A stretch of 64,000 nt of DNA, from NCBI GenBank assembly GCA_965235115.1, contig OZ249436.1, positions 43,834,001 through 43,898,000 of the forward strand. Reading direction: 5' to 3'. Source of the stretch: Laetmonice hystrix (lineage: Eukaryota). A model generated the notes under the pieces. The model searched no databases. It saw only the letters and a program-made list of their open reading frames with translations, and had not been told where the DNA came from. Position 1 is the stretch's first letter. Every line of letters starts with the position of its first letter. A program made the position numbers and the translations under genes. Below, in pieces: positions 39,620 to 52,734 of the stretch.

Positions 39620-40066
39620 GTGAGTGTCATAATGTAGGGGCCTGTGTGTGTCCTAATGTAGGGGGCCTGTGTGTGAGTGTCCTAATGTAGGGGCCTGTGT
39701 GACAGTGTCATAATGTAGGGGCCTGTGTGGGTGTCATAATGTAGGGGCCTGTGTGTGAGTGTTATAATGTAGGGGCCTGTGTGAGTGTCATAATGTAGGG
39801 GCCTGTGTGTGAGTGTCATAATGTAGGCCTAGCTGTGTGTGTGTCATAATGTAGGGGCCTGTGTGTGAGTGTCATAATGTAGGGGCCTGTGTGTGAGTGT
39901 CATAATGTAGGGGCCTGTGTGTGAGTGTCATAATGTAGGGGCATTGTGTGTGAGTGTTATAATGTAGGGGCCTGTGTGAGTGTCATAATGTAGGGGCCTG
40001 TGCGTGAGTGTCATAATGTAGGGGCCTGTGTGTGAGTGTCATAATGTAGGGGCCTAGCTGTGTGAG
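39620..40066. repeat. Minisatellite, ~28 bp x~16
   Basis: Unit gtgtgagtgtcataatgtaggggcctgt. Confidence 0.93.
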
Positions 40067-40358
40067 TGTGTCAGTTAACACACTTGGTTTGATATTCCGT
40101 CCAAATTCCATGCTACCCGTATTACCTGTATAGTCACCGCCAACAACAGAAGATAACGTTTTTATCCTTAATACTTTTTTCTCCCACCGTTGGACTTTTT
40201 CCCTAGACGTCTGTGGGTCACCGAAAGTCACCGTTGTTATTTGACATTCCTGACTGTACATTTATCATATTTATTTCTTGCCGTTTTTATGTGCCCAATC
40301 TTCACAATCCCGACACTTTCCTCGGTTGCAGTATTCAATCGTACCATCCAGGTCAGTC

Positions 40359-41677
40359 TCTCAGTCCACCACAGTGTTAAGGCAGTTTCTCAGTCCGTAT
40401 ACCACAGTGTTAAGGCAGTTTCTCAGTCCGTATACCACAGTGTTAAGGCAGTTTCTCAGTCCGTATACCACAGTGTTAAGGCAGTTTATCAGTCCGTATA
40501 CCACAGTGTTAAGGCAGTTTCTCAGTCCGTATACCACAGTGTTAAGGCAGTTTCTCAGTCCGTATACCACAGTGTTAAGGCAGTTTCTCAGTCCGCATAC
40601 CACAGTGTTAAGGCAGTTTCTCAGTCCGCATACCACAGTGTTAAGGCAGTTTCTCGGTCCGCATACCACAGTGTTAAGGCAGTTTCTCGGTCCGTATACC
40701 ACAGTGTTAAGGCAGTTTCTCGGTCCGCACACCACAGTGTTAAGGCAGTTTCTCGGTCCGCATACCACAGTGTTAAGGCAGTTTCTCGGTCCGTACACCA
40801 CAGTGTTAAGGCAGTTTCTCGGTCCGTACACCACAGTGTTAAGGCAGTTTCTCAGTCCGTATACCACAGTGTTAAGGCAGTTTCTCAGTCCGTATACCAT
40901 GCACAGTGTTAAGGCAGTTTCTCGGTCCGCACACCACAGTGTTAAGGCAGTTTCTCGGTCCGTATACCACAGTGTTAAGGCAGTTTCTCGGTCCGTATAC
41001 CACAGTGTTAAGGCAGTTTCTCGGTCCGTATACCACAGTGTTAAGGCAGTTTCTCAGTCCGCATACCACAGTGTTAAGGCAGTTTCTCAGTCCGCATACC
41101 ACAGTGTTAAGGCAGTTTCTCAGTCCGCATACCACAGTGTTAAGGCAGTTTCTCAGTCCGCATACCACAGTGTTAAGGCAGTTTCTCAGTCCGCATACCA
41201 CAGTGTTAAGGCAGTTTCTCAGTCCGCATACCACAGTGTTAAGGCAGTTTCTCAGTCCGCATACCACAGTGTTAAGGCAGTTTCTCAGTCCGCATACCAC
41301 AGTGATAAGGCAGTTTCTCAGTCCGCACACCACAGTGTTAAGGCAGTTTCTCAGTCCGCACACCACAGTGTTAAGGCAGTTTCTCAGTCCGTATACCACA
41401 GTGTTAAGGCAGTTTCTCAGTCTGTATACCACAGTGTTAAGGCAGTTTCTCAGTCCGTATACCACAGTGTTAAGGCAGTTTCTCAGTCTGTATACCACAG
41501 TGTTAAGGCAGTTTCTCGGTCCGTATACCACAGTGTTAAGGCAGTTTCTCACTCCGTATACCACAGTGTTAAGGCAGTTTCTCACTCCGTATACCACAGT
41601 GTTAAGGCAGTTTCTCAGTCCGTACACCACAGTGTTAAGGCAGTTTCTCAGTCCCTATACCACAGTGTTAAGGCAGT
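40359..41677. repeat. Minisatellite, 33 bp x~40
   Basis: Unit ccacagtgttaaggcagtttctcagtccgtata; accounts for the ORFs at 40190-41922. Confidence 0.97.
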
Positions 41678-42250
41678 CGGTGGAAGGCCGTCCATTCAAT
41701 AACATAGTTTGCACCGGCTCAAGTGTCCATTTTTTTCTCCTGCCGCTTTTTGTTGGGGTAGTGATGAATGTTAAGGTGCTAGATGTAAGTGTATATCATT
41801 ACGCCATAAGTTTTATTAGCTTCAGCCAGTGGCTTTTTACACCAAGTGTTGACCATGCGTGGTATGTGTGTCACCAACACCTAGTAGTCCTCCCACAGAG
41901 TACCTTGGTCGTACGGACCTAGTCAAGGAGTCCGCCAGGTACTCGGTATAACGCAAGGTGTTTGTGTCACCAAACATTCAATCAAGCAAGGTAAACTTGG
42001 GCAAGGCTGTGCCTGTCCACCTGGGTCGGGTCGACTGGCGCCGGTAAGTGACAACTTGTTTGATGGAAGGAAACCTCGGCTGCCAACTGACTCTGGGCAA
42101 CTTTGACTTTGTTTTTTTAAAACTACTTGTGTGGTCTACTTTGGCCAGGATCTAGTTGACTAGCTGTATCCTGGTCAAAGAACGTTTCCCAGATCTGCTC
42201 TGAATAGCTACCATGACGATAGAGTCTTTGAATGGCTTGGAATGAATGTA

Positions 42251-42425
42251 TTTTTCTTTTGAAATGCACGGGCATCAGGGGTAACCCAATTACTTTGACA
42301 ATGTCCCTAAAGAGAAAAGTTGTATAGTCCTCTACAGGAATCGAACCCAGGCCCTAAGATTACTGCACCCATTCGCATAGCATAAGGTGTCGACATCCAT
42401 GCCCACTAGGCCACCGCCACTCCCG
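42251..42425 (-). mobile_element. tRNA-derived SINE, apparently full length (~175 bp)
   Basis: On the minus strand: A-box TGGCCTAGTGG (42413-42403), B-box GGTTCGATTCC (42347-42337), a unique body and an A-rich tail (42260-42251). Possible 6-bp TSD gtattt at 42248 and 42424. Tail shared with two other loci in the window. Confidence 0.75.
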
Positions 42426-42796
42426 TATTTAGTTACGTGATTACACTTGATTGTAAAATCCAGGATGCGCTGCTGGTATTGGTGTAAACATCCTGGGTTA
42501 GTTAAAATACCCCAGGGTGTTTAAAATATTCCAGTAAGAGAGTTAGATCCTACCCTAAATATAGATGTACCCGGTAGTTTTATTTTTGTCCAAGGCCAAG
42601 GTAGTGTCAAGAGTTGTGTCACCAAACAAGTACATGTACTATGTCATGTGGGAACATGCTGATGTGATTTCAGAAGTGACCTTCGTATCACTTCAACATT
42701 TGCTGTTGGCAATAATTGTCACTTGTTGAGTGGTATACATCTCCATAAAGAGAGCGGTGATTGGTCAAACAGTATGAACACGTGACCAGGTTGGAA

Positions 42797-43221
42797 TCAC
42801 AGACACTGGACTGTATATTGGTCGGTCTGTCTGCCACTCTCAGACACAGACAGTCACAGACACTGGACCGGGTATATTAATATTGGTCGGTCTGTCTGCC
42901 ACTCTCAGACACAGACAATCACAGACACTGGACCGGGTATATTGGTCGGTCTGTCTGCCACTCTCAGACACAGACACAGACAATCACAGACACTGGACCG
43001 GGTATATTGGTCGGTCTGTCTGCCACTCACAGACACAGACACAGACAATCACAGACACTGCACCGGGTATATTAATATTGGTCGGTCTGTCTGCCACTCT
43101 CAGACACAGACAATCACAGACACTGGACCGGGTATATTGGTGGGTCTGTCTGCCACTCTCAGACACAGACAATCACAGACACTGCACCGGGTATATTAAT
43201 ATTGGTCGGTCTGTCTGCCAC
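42797..43221. repeat. Minisatellite, ~59-71 bp x~7
   Basis: cagacactggaccgggtatattggtcggtctgtctgccactctcagacacagacaatca units. Confidence 0.9.
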
Positions 43222-43575
43222 GTTTGTCATGCGGTTGACGGTGTCCTTAATAACAACAATGACTTGACAATATGAAATAGTTTTTATTGTGTCTACCTGA
43301 CCTTGCCATCATGGAATCAGGCCACGGCAAGTGGTCGACATCTGTAGAATCACATCAGAGAGGACCACAGATGCAGTGTACATAATGCACCTGAATGCAT
43401 TCCAAGATCTAGTAAATACCAGATGTTTGGTATGTAGTATAGGCCCTACTCTGTATACCTGAGTCCAAGACTTTTATAACTTCAGAAGGGCGAGATTACA
43501 CATGTGTTTTCAATGATTTATTTAATGGTATATCCACCAACCAATCCCACAAAATACCGAGTGTCAATCGTTCCT

Positions 43576-43660
43576 GGTCACGTGGGCTGATCACGTGGTG
43601 TTCTTCCACGTGACCTTTCCTTTGTGAGAACAGTCATTATGACGTAGATTATGACGTAGA
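43576..43660. promoter_or_regulatory. Intronic cluster of 3 CACGTG E-boxes and 2 TTATGACGTA CRE-like sites (candidate enhancer)
   Basis: CACGTG at 43579, 43592 and 43607; ttatgacgta at 43637 and 43649. Function not shown. Confidence 0.3.
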
Positions 43661-45163
43661 TTGTATTGGGACCAAGACGTCAGACCCGACGGTTACAACA
43701 ATTACAGGGCTCCAGATCTACAATAACTATTAATAAAAGTAAATACTGATGCCCGCATCCGGAGACTCTGACTTTGGAAGAAGTCTCATTGATGTTGATT
43801 GACCTTCTCAAATTACCCCAAACTAAATTATGTAGTTAACTTAAACTTAGGCCTACTAGATTATATTTTGACCGTAAACAAGAATGCCATTATTTGTGAG
43901 CGAGTTAATTTGAAGGTTTCGGTAGGATAGCGTGATTCATGTAGGCCTAATAATCGAATCATTTCAAATCTAGATTTCTAACAAACGTTTCTAACACCGG
44001 TACCCCCAGTTTGGTAGGAACGTTACCACGTGGGATGGCCGGGTGAAGGGCAGTGGCTATCTCCTCATTGTCCTTGTCATGTTGGCAGGGGCGGAATGAC
44101 CTTCAGATGTTGTTTGAATCACATAGAATTTATGGCTTTGCTAAGAGTTTTGAGCTTATCTAGGCTATCGCCGAGATATATTGGGACCAAATGAAATGAG
44201 TAGGTCTAAATGTAAAGGGCACAGAATACTCCTGTTACCTCCTCCCAGAGTCCTGGATCGAAGAATAGCTGAGATAGGTAACTGCTATTCTATCATTGTG
44301 TTTTAATAAAAAAAATCACAATAGACGCGGTATTCTAGACGCGCTACTTTTACTTCTAATCTGTGGCCGTTATCTGAATGATGTGGCCAACCGACTGGAG
44401 TGCCCTCTTCAGGTCAATAACGGAGTTACGTCAAGGGGCATACATCAATACAAGTTGGAGCCTAGCCACCACCGAACTGTGTCAGTGCGACTCTGAGATA
44501 ACATACTAAAAGGTAACATACGTTTTGTGTGCCAGTGAAGACGTGAATCTTGTATTGTACACAGACCAGGAGTTGGATCTCTGTGGGGGTTTCTGTCAGT
44601 TATGGTGAGTGGGATCGATGACCTTACTGACGGCAAGCTACTTAGGAATTATTCCAGTTTTCTTACTGACTAGACAGCCTAGAGAGGAAGGTAGGAGCCA
44701 TTTACCCAGGTTAAGGAGCGAATGCCGGCGAGACGTGTTAATAAGGAGTGAGTCATGTAGCCAAGTTAAGGAGTGTCGGTGAGCCCAGCTGTTTGACAGC
44801 CAATTTGGCGGGAGTAGGCACTCCTCAGTTTATAAGGTTGGGAGACTATCACATTAGATTTCAACCTCCCCGTCTACAGATAGGCATTGTATGTACCCTA
44901 CATGTATAGTTGTATTGTCAGGCATTGGAAGAAGTCATTCATAGAACTGTCAGAAGCTCGCAGGGGGCGAATACACTAACCTGACACAAACACCACACAG
45001 TCCCTCTCCTGTCAGTCTCAGGATGAAAGGATAAAAAAGTAACAGACCCCACCCACTGAACTACTGGCAGCTGTCCAATCGGCCACTCTAATCAACCAGC
45101 TGCTTGTTGGCAGATTTAATGTTTAATTTACCTAGATTTAATTAGGTCTCGTTCAATGGAGAC

Positions 45164-45687
45164 ATGCAGGTTTCATCTCGCTATTTTTGGGGCAGGTTTC
45201 ATCTCGCTATTTTGGGGACAGATTTCGTCTTGCTATTTTGGGGGCAGATTTCATCTCGCTATTTTGGGGGCAGGTTTCATCTCGCTATTTTTGGGGGCAG
45301 GTTTTATCTAGCTATTTTGGGGGCAGGTTTCATCTCGCTATTTTTTGGGGCAGGTTTCATCTCGCTATTTTTTGGGGCAGGTTTCATCTCGCTATTTTTG
45401 AGGGCACGTTTCATCTCGCTATTTTTTGGGGCAGGTTTCATCTCGCTATTTTTGGGGGCAGATTTCATCTCGCTATTTTTTGGGGGGCAGGTTTCATCTC
45501 GCTATTTTTGGGGGCAGGTTTCATCTCGCTATTTTTGGGGGCAGGTTTCATTTCGCTATTTTGGGGGCAGGTTTCATCTCGCTATTTTTGGGGGGCAGGT
45601 TTCATCTCGCTATTTTTGGGGGGCAGGTTTCATCTCGCTATTTTGGGGGGCAGGTTTCATCTCGCTATTTTTGAGGACAGGTTTCAT
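45164..45687. repeat. Minisatellite, ~26-30 bp x~19 with variable T and G runs
   Basis: Unit ggggcaggtttcatctcgctattttt. Confidence 0.93.
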
Positions 45688-46697
45688 ACTACCATCATAT
45701 TATTAATATATAGTAGCATGTTGAGTTGCATAATTACGTCATTTCTATTTCTATGAATTACAGGCACAAACAATTAGTATATTGTCCATATCAGGTTAAA
45801 GATCAAATGTTGCTGTAACTACATTTAGATTGATAGAGAAGTTTCCCCACTATGTTCAGATAATGTGAAAAGGCCAGTATTCCATGGTAGGGGATGGTGG
45901 ACTCCTAGCCCCCTTCTTGGCTCACTTACCGACATGACGTACCACATAAACCAAGCTGTTGCTGCCGCCTATAACCAGTAACTTTATCTTAAACATTCTT
46001 CTTTACTAAGCCAAAGGTTCAACCAAGGTCAGCATATGGTCTTAACATTATTATGACTGAAGCATGGGTCCTAAATATAGGTCACATATGTCACGTGTCA
46101 ATTTATGACCAAAGCAGATCGGCAGGTGGTGTCCCAAGTTTAGTCGAGAGAAACTGGAGATCAGACGACTTGAGACATTCATGACCCAAGGTTAGGGCAG
46201 GTTCTCCGAGAATGTAAGTATTTTTCTACATGTATGGGTAGTGATTTAGACAAGAATGTCCTGGTTATATTAAAACGTTGGCACGGCGAATGCCAAGGTT
46301 GAAATCAAGTGACTTGTTGAAGTTAGTTTTGAAAGCCGCCTTGCCCAGGCAAGGCCCTGGAGACATGCCCTGGGTGTTAGAGAACTCACATTTGGCACGG
46401 AAACCCCTACAGGTCTACCCTTTTGTGAGAAATGTGGCAAATGTCTTAGATTTGTGTGAAATCTAGGTCATGGCCAGGTATGGCTCTTCACACGTCCGAT
46501 ATATATCTTCATGTATGCAGGTATGGTGTAGAATGTGTCCCCTTGTCCAGTCAAAATAGATTTTATTCAGGTGGAACCGCTGGGGCTGATTTATCCTGAC
46601 AGCATCTGTAAGACGAGAGTAAAAAACGATAAAATAATATGTAGGACTACAAATAAGGGAAACAAGTTTGAGAATTTAAAGAAAGCAAAGTGCAGTA

Positions 46698-46871
46698 CAG
46701 TGCTGGATCCAGGATTTTTCAAGGGGGGGGGGGGTTCAGCCTAGTACGAAATTATTAATATTTCATGAAATATATAGGCTAATTATCGTTTTAGATTCCA
46801 GATTCCAGACAACTTTCTTTTTTTTGGGGGGGGGGTTCTAAGGGGGGTTACAACCCCCCGATCCGGTCCTG
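46698..46871. mobile_element. MITE-like element with imperfect TIRs and a candidate 5-bp TSD
   Basis: Left cagtgctggatccagg, right ccgatccggtcctg. CAGTA directly flanks both ends (46693-46697 and 46872-46876). Confidence 0.6.
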
Positions 46872-47165
46872 CAGTAGAATTGGGTATCAGAGAGTATTTA
46901 TAGTCTCATGTTGCCGACACCAGGATGAGGGTTGTCGGATAGGTGCCCGATAAAACCTTGCCAGGTCCGACAGTCATAAACCCACCAGTTTATTACCTGT
47001 TTATGAAGGTAGTTGTAATGGTCGCTCGACATATTGACAACTCAGGGACGGCCACGGTATCGCTCAGGTATGTGGTTGGGTCTTACCGAACAGGTCTTAC
47101 ATATGGATGGGTATTGATACCTGGCCAGGTCCTGCTCGCCTGTATAAACATGTTGTGATAGTGGA

Positions 47166-47672
47166 NNNNNNNNNNNNNNNNNNNNNNNNNNNNNNNNNNN
47201 NNNNNNNNNNNNNNNNNNNNNNNNNNNNNNNNNNNNNNNNNNNNNNNNNNNNNNNNNNNNNNNNNNNNNNNNNNNNNNNNNNNNNNNNNNNNNNNNNNNN
47301 NNNNNNNNNNNNNNNNNNNNNNNNNNNNNNNNNNNNNNNNNNNNNNNNNNNNNNNNNNNNNNNNNNNNNNNNNNNNNNNNNNNNNNNNNNNNNNNNNNNN
47401 NNNNNNNNNNNNNNNNNNNNNNNNNNNNNNNNNNNNNNNNNNNNNNNNNNNNNNNNNNNNNNNNNNNNNNNNNNNNNNNNNNNNNNNNNNNNNNNNNNNN
47501 NNNNNNNNNNNNNNNNNNNNNNNNNNNNNNNNNNNNNNNNNNNNNNNNNNNNNNNNNNNNNNNNNNNNNNNNNNNNNNNNNNNNNNNNNNNNNNNNNNNN
47601 NNNNNNNNNNNNNNNNNNNNNNNNNNNNNNNNNNNNNNNNNNNNNNNNNNNNNNNNNNNNNNNNNNNNNNNN
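47166..47672. other. Assembly gap (507 N)
   Basis: Run of N. Confidence 1.
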
Positions 47673-48754
47673 GAAGAATTTTCCGGTTAGAAGAGCACAG
47701 TCGATGTGATTATTGATTAACCAGCGATTTGTTTGTATCATGCCCCTCTATAGCTCACCCTGTTTGTACGGGGTAGACTCTAACTTTGATCATCACGCCG
47801 ACCCTAGGGCAGAGATTGGATCCATGATAGGACGCCCAGAGTACCAGAAACACGCCCACAGAAGGGGGACGGACCGCCGCTGTAGACTAGCAGATATCAC
47901 AGTCCACATTGTAATCCACTTTCGTGGATGTTCAAAGAGTTAGAATTGTCTTATCAGAGGCACTGAAAACGACGACGCCGTTTCGGAAATGTTATGAAGG
48001 TCAGATCTGTATGGATATATTTCTTGGAGCCAGTGGTGTTTATGGAACGCCACTTTCCGAGCTTACCGCCAGGCGGTAGACGACCGACACACGAGTGGCT
48101 AGGTTAGGGGATCAGTTAAATCTATTTTTACTGGGACAGTAAACTTGATACACATAGAAAGAGGCTCCAGGTACAACTTTATCGTTATTGTGGTTAATGG
48201 TATACAATGGTATAACGTTATCATACAATCGGTATCAATCTTATATACAAGACCTTATGCCAGCTAACATCACCTAATCTCCTCTCGAAGTGTCCTCGGG
48301 TACAGAATTATTGGGTGACGACACATGTGACTTATCAGACAAAATTAATAAGTTGATCTGACAAGCTCTAGAGGTGTTTAATTCTTCGGTTTTATCAGCT
48401 CGTATAGTTGGTCTCTGCTTACCTGACTCAATGTAAACAAAACGGTTTAAAGATGAAAACATATCAGTGTACCATATACCCGGAGGACGGAGGCATGGTT
48501 AATTTCTGCTCACACCCCCCGTAAACGGCGGGAACATAATAACACAAAGGGCAAGCAGCATTAACCCAGATCGAAGGTACAATTTATACAACTCGCACCG
48601 AGCCACCCTTACCTGGGGGTACTCTATGATTACACTCTAAGTGACCAGTGGTGTCTTTTGTCAACACCCGGATGTACACCGTACACATAATGTAAGGTGG
48701 AGTGGACGCCTCCTGAAGGCAGAATCATAAACAGCCAATCGTAGTGCCTTGGTA

Positions 48755-49640
48755 TGTGTCATTTGATATTACAGAGGTTGACAGCATATATCGTTACAGG
48801 CAGTGAGCTGTGTCAGTTGATATTACAGAGGTTGACAGCAGATATCGTTACAGGCACTGAGCTATGTCAGTTGGTATTACAGAGGTTGACAGCAGATATC
48901 GTTACAGGCAGTGAGCTGTATCAGTTGATATTACAGAGGTTGACAGCAGATATCGTTACAGGCACTGAGCTGTGTCAGTTGATATTACAGAGGTTGACAG
49001 CAGATATCGTTACAGGCACTGAGATGTGTCAGTTGATATTACAGTGGTCGACAGCAGATATCGTTACAGGCAGTGAGCTGTGTCAGTTGATATTACAGTG
49101 GTCGACAGCAGATATCGTTACAGGCAGTGAGCTGTGTCAGTTGATATTACAGAGGTTGACAGCAGATATCGTTACAGGCACTGAGCTCTGTCAGTTGATA
49201 TTACAGAGGTTGACAGCAGATATCGTTACAGGCAGTGGGGTATTTGTTGGTCTACCATTGCTGAGATCAGTTGATATTACAGAGGTTGACAGCAGATATC
49301 GTTACAGGCAGTGAGCTGTGTCAGTTGATATTACAGAGGTTGACAGCAAATATCGTTACAGGCAGTGAGCTGTGTCAGTTGATATTACAGTGGTCGACAG
49401 CAGATATCGTTACAGGCACTGAGCTGTGTCAGTTGATATTACAAAGGTTGACAGCATATATCGTTACAGACAGTGGGGTATTTGTTGGTCTGCCATTGCT
49501 GAGATCAATTGATATTACAGAGGTTGACAGCATATATCGTTATAGGCAGTGGGGTATTTGTTGGTCTACCATTGCTGAGATCAGTTGATATTACAGAGGT
49601 TGACAGCATATATCGTTACAGGCAGTGGGGTATTCAGAGA
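48755..49640. repeat. Minisatellite, 54 bp (with longer variants) x~15
   Basis: Unit tgatattacagaggttgacagcagatatcgttacaggcagtgagctgtgtcagt. Confidence 0.93.
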
Positions 49641-50421
49641 TCAGTGTTTTACTCGCTGATGTTCATGAGATTTGACACAATGTTGACTGAGTGTCCTTCT
49701 AGGATCAGACCAGCTGGTCATTGTCATGTATTACATGTAAAACATTGTGGAAACAGCAGAAGTTGGAGTGATTTGAGTAATAATAAAAGCCGTGACATAA
49801 TGAAGCCACATTGAAGGACACTGTTAAATGATATAGTGCATGGACAGTTAGTTACTGACTCACTGATCGTAAGGCTCAACCCGTGAATAGTGTTCAACAA
49901 GTCAACACGTCTACAAGTACACAATTCTATGTAAACACCCCAGGTCATTAAATAGCGTTCTGCGTTGAAAGGACATCAGGAGGGATCAGATTTTAATGAG
50001 ATAACTTTCATTGTATCTTTGTCTACTCCCAACGATTAAATTTCAGACCTCAAGGTCTCTTGATGCTGAGACCGTTAAAAAGGTCTGTAAATCGCCGACG
50101 TTAAAACCAATACAAAGGATAGCTCTGCAGCGTAGGCAGCCTCGACTTGACCACAGAGCAGAAGACGTTCAGCCATTAAATTTTAGGACGTTGACCTTCG
50201 ACCCGGTGGTGAGCGGAGGGCAGTATTTAGATACGCTGCTTTCACCATATAAAGTCCAGCCCCGTCAAGTTGGCATGCAATATGTGGACCTTTACCTGCA
50301 GGCGATCTCTTGGTGAGAGAGAATTAAAGACCGGAATCAGGGCTGGGAGCAGTGAGTGCAACCTTTATGGAGGTGACAGGGTGGGTAGGGGAGAGTGAGA
50401 AAGTGTAAGATGATGAAATAA

Positions 50422-50712
50422 GGGCGGTTCTATGTCCTGGAATGGGCGGTTCCATGCCCTGGAATGAGCGGTTCTATGCCTTGGAATGGGCAGTTGTATG
50501 CCCTGGAATGGGCGGTTCTATGCCCTGCAATGTGCGGTTCTATGCCCTGCAATGGGCAGTTGTATGCCCTGCAATGGACGGTTGTATGCCCTGCAATGGG
50601 CGGTTCTATGCCCTGCAATGGGCGGTTCTATGCCCTGCAATGGGCGGTTCTATGCCCTGCAATGGGTGGTTCTATATGCCCTGCAATGGGTGGTTCTATG
50701 TCCTGCAATGGC
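50422..50712. repeat. Minisatellite, 22 bp x~13
   Basis: Unit tgggcggttctatgccctgcaa. Confidence 0.93.
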
Positions 50713-51707
50713 CGCTGGAACCATTTCTTTTGAAGCATTCCCCTTTGCATCCCCCGCCCCATCATGCATTTTGTGGGCAAAGTTTTGTCATTGCCAGGTT
50801 TGGTTAGTGTCAGCATTTATATCGATGCAGACCAAATCGACAAGTATTGGTTAGTTTCTGACTTCCCCAATGGTACCGGAGGCAGACATACCCACTCATT
50901 GAGTAGTGATCTCAGGGATTCCCCAAGATATCCATGACGTCATCACACACCTTGACCTGAGCAACACGAAACCAGAACGTCTTACCCGATACCGGCTTAC
51001 TCCAGCTCGACATTACTTTAAGTCGAGCCCAAACGATCGTCAGTCACTGCAGGATAGCCTGAATACCAGTCAGTGTGTAGTCAATTTAGAAAAAAGAAAG
51101 TTTTTTGGTCGCAAGTGGTGGTATAATGTCACAGTAGACGTATAGGTTAGTTATGATGTATGTACGTACACAAGGATGTGTGTTTATGTTTTTATGTTAT
51201 GGTATGCATGCCTGGAGCGACAACTTGAGTGATTATATCTTTTTATGAGACCTTGAACCTGGGTTGTGTTTATGTTTGATAGGAGTGGCGTTTATGAACG
51301 TGCTACCATTTAACTGTAATAACTTACAATCAGACAATACAACCAAGTGATATCGGGTTAAACAACGTTTTCAAAACCTTATCACAACATATCATCTCGG
51401 TCATCTTGGTTTTTTGTGGTCTGAGAATGTGAATAATTCAGTGTCCCTGTGAGGAGAATGTACCGGGTATTATTAATACTTGTCGATACATGTTTTAATA
51501 TCACCACGGGTCATGTTCCCGTAACAAACTGCCTTTAGCAAGAATGTCGATCCTATATGGGAACGATTGGACATCGGACTTTGGTGAGTTCTCTCCTAGC
51601 AGTTTATTCACCAACAACATATGAACGTGCAATATGTAGCCTTTTCTCATGGCCTTTCGGTGTGTATATCAATGTGTGGGGGTGGGGTGGGGAGGGGGGG
51701 TGCTGTG

Positions 51708-51950
51708 TGCACGGAGAAGACGGACTGTATAGTGTCGGATCCCCAGAGGCACGGAGAAGACGGACTGTATAGTGTCGGATCCCCAGAGGCACGGAGAAGA
51801 CGGACTGTATAGTGTCGGATCCCCAGAGGCACGGAGAAGACGGACTGTATAGTGTCGGATCCCCAGAGGCACGGAGAAGACGGGGGGTGCTGTGTGCACG
51901 GAGAAGACGGACTGCATAGTGTCAGATCCCCAGAGGCACGGAGAAGACTG
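51708..51950. repeat. Tandem repeat, 40 bp x~5
   Basis: Unit gcacggagaagacggactgtatagtgtcggatccccagag. Confidence 0.9.
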
Positions 51951-52734
51951 ACCCCCAAGGTGCAGCAGTCCTTTCTCGGTGTGTCTCGGTGACCTTGGGC
52001 AATAATCGCGAGGTCATTGGGTCTCGTTAGGCCGAACATGCCAGGTTGGCAGAAAGTCTGACCCTGCAGACAGATTTACAAAGACGTGCTGAGCAGGGTT
52101 TAAAACATATCAGTAGGCTGGGTCGTGGTGGTGGACTACGTGGCCTTCCAAGGGAATTTATTTTAAAAAACTAACTTGATTGGCCAGTGTGACAGCGGCG
52201 ACATAAATATTATTGGATGTGAATAGAACTTCCCTTAGGTCTGACCCAGTTAATCTGGCTGAACAGGTTAAGTTAATCGTTCACTTTCCCAGATTTATAA
52301 ATTACTGCTGTTTCCTGTTATTTGTGTACTTGAGGGAATGAGGTCCCCAACTGTTCACGTCTGAGGTCAGGGTGGGGGTAAGTTCAGGGTCAATTAGAGA
52401 GAGAGGGATTGGTGGGGAAGAATGTTGGAGGGTAGGAGCAATATTTGGGTGTTACTTGGTGACTTATTATAGTTTATACTGACTATACTTGGAGTGGTAA
52501 ACGATGTCAGAACCAGTTGGACGGCCTGCCTGCCTGCCATGGATGAACGTTTTGGTATAAAAACTTGATCCGTGATCTCTGCGGATGAATTCACAAAATC
52601 TCTTTATCTAAAATATTGAAATGTTCTCGGGCTGTTTAGAATTCAGCTGGGGAATTCACCCGGAATACTATAGACTCCACGTATACTCGTATTATATATT
52701 TTACGTCTATAGAAAACTTGCTCTCTGGACGTGC

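Noticed and set aside
40190-41922. 474-aa and 338-aa ORFs
   Set aside because: Products of the 33-bp array, open on both strands, with no splice sites linking them to the gene.
42330-42425. Intact tRNA gene on the minus strand
   Set aside because: A and B boxes are present but acceptor and T stems do not pair properly, and the sequence continues into a SINE-like body and tail.
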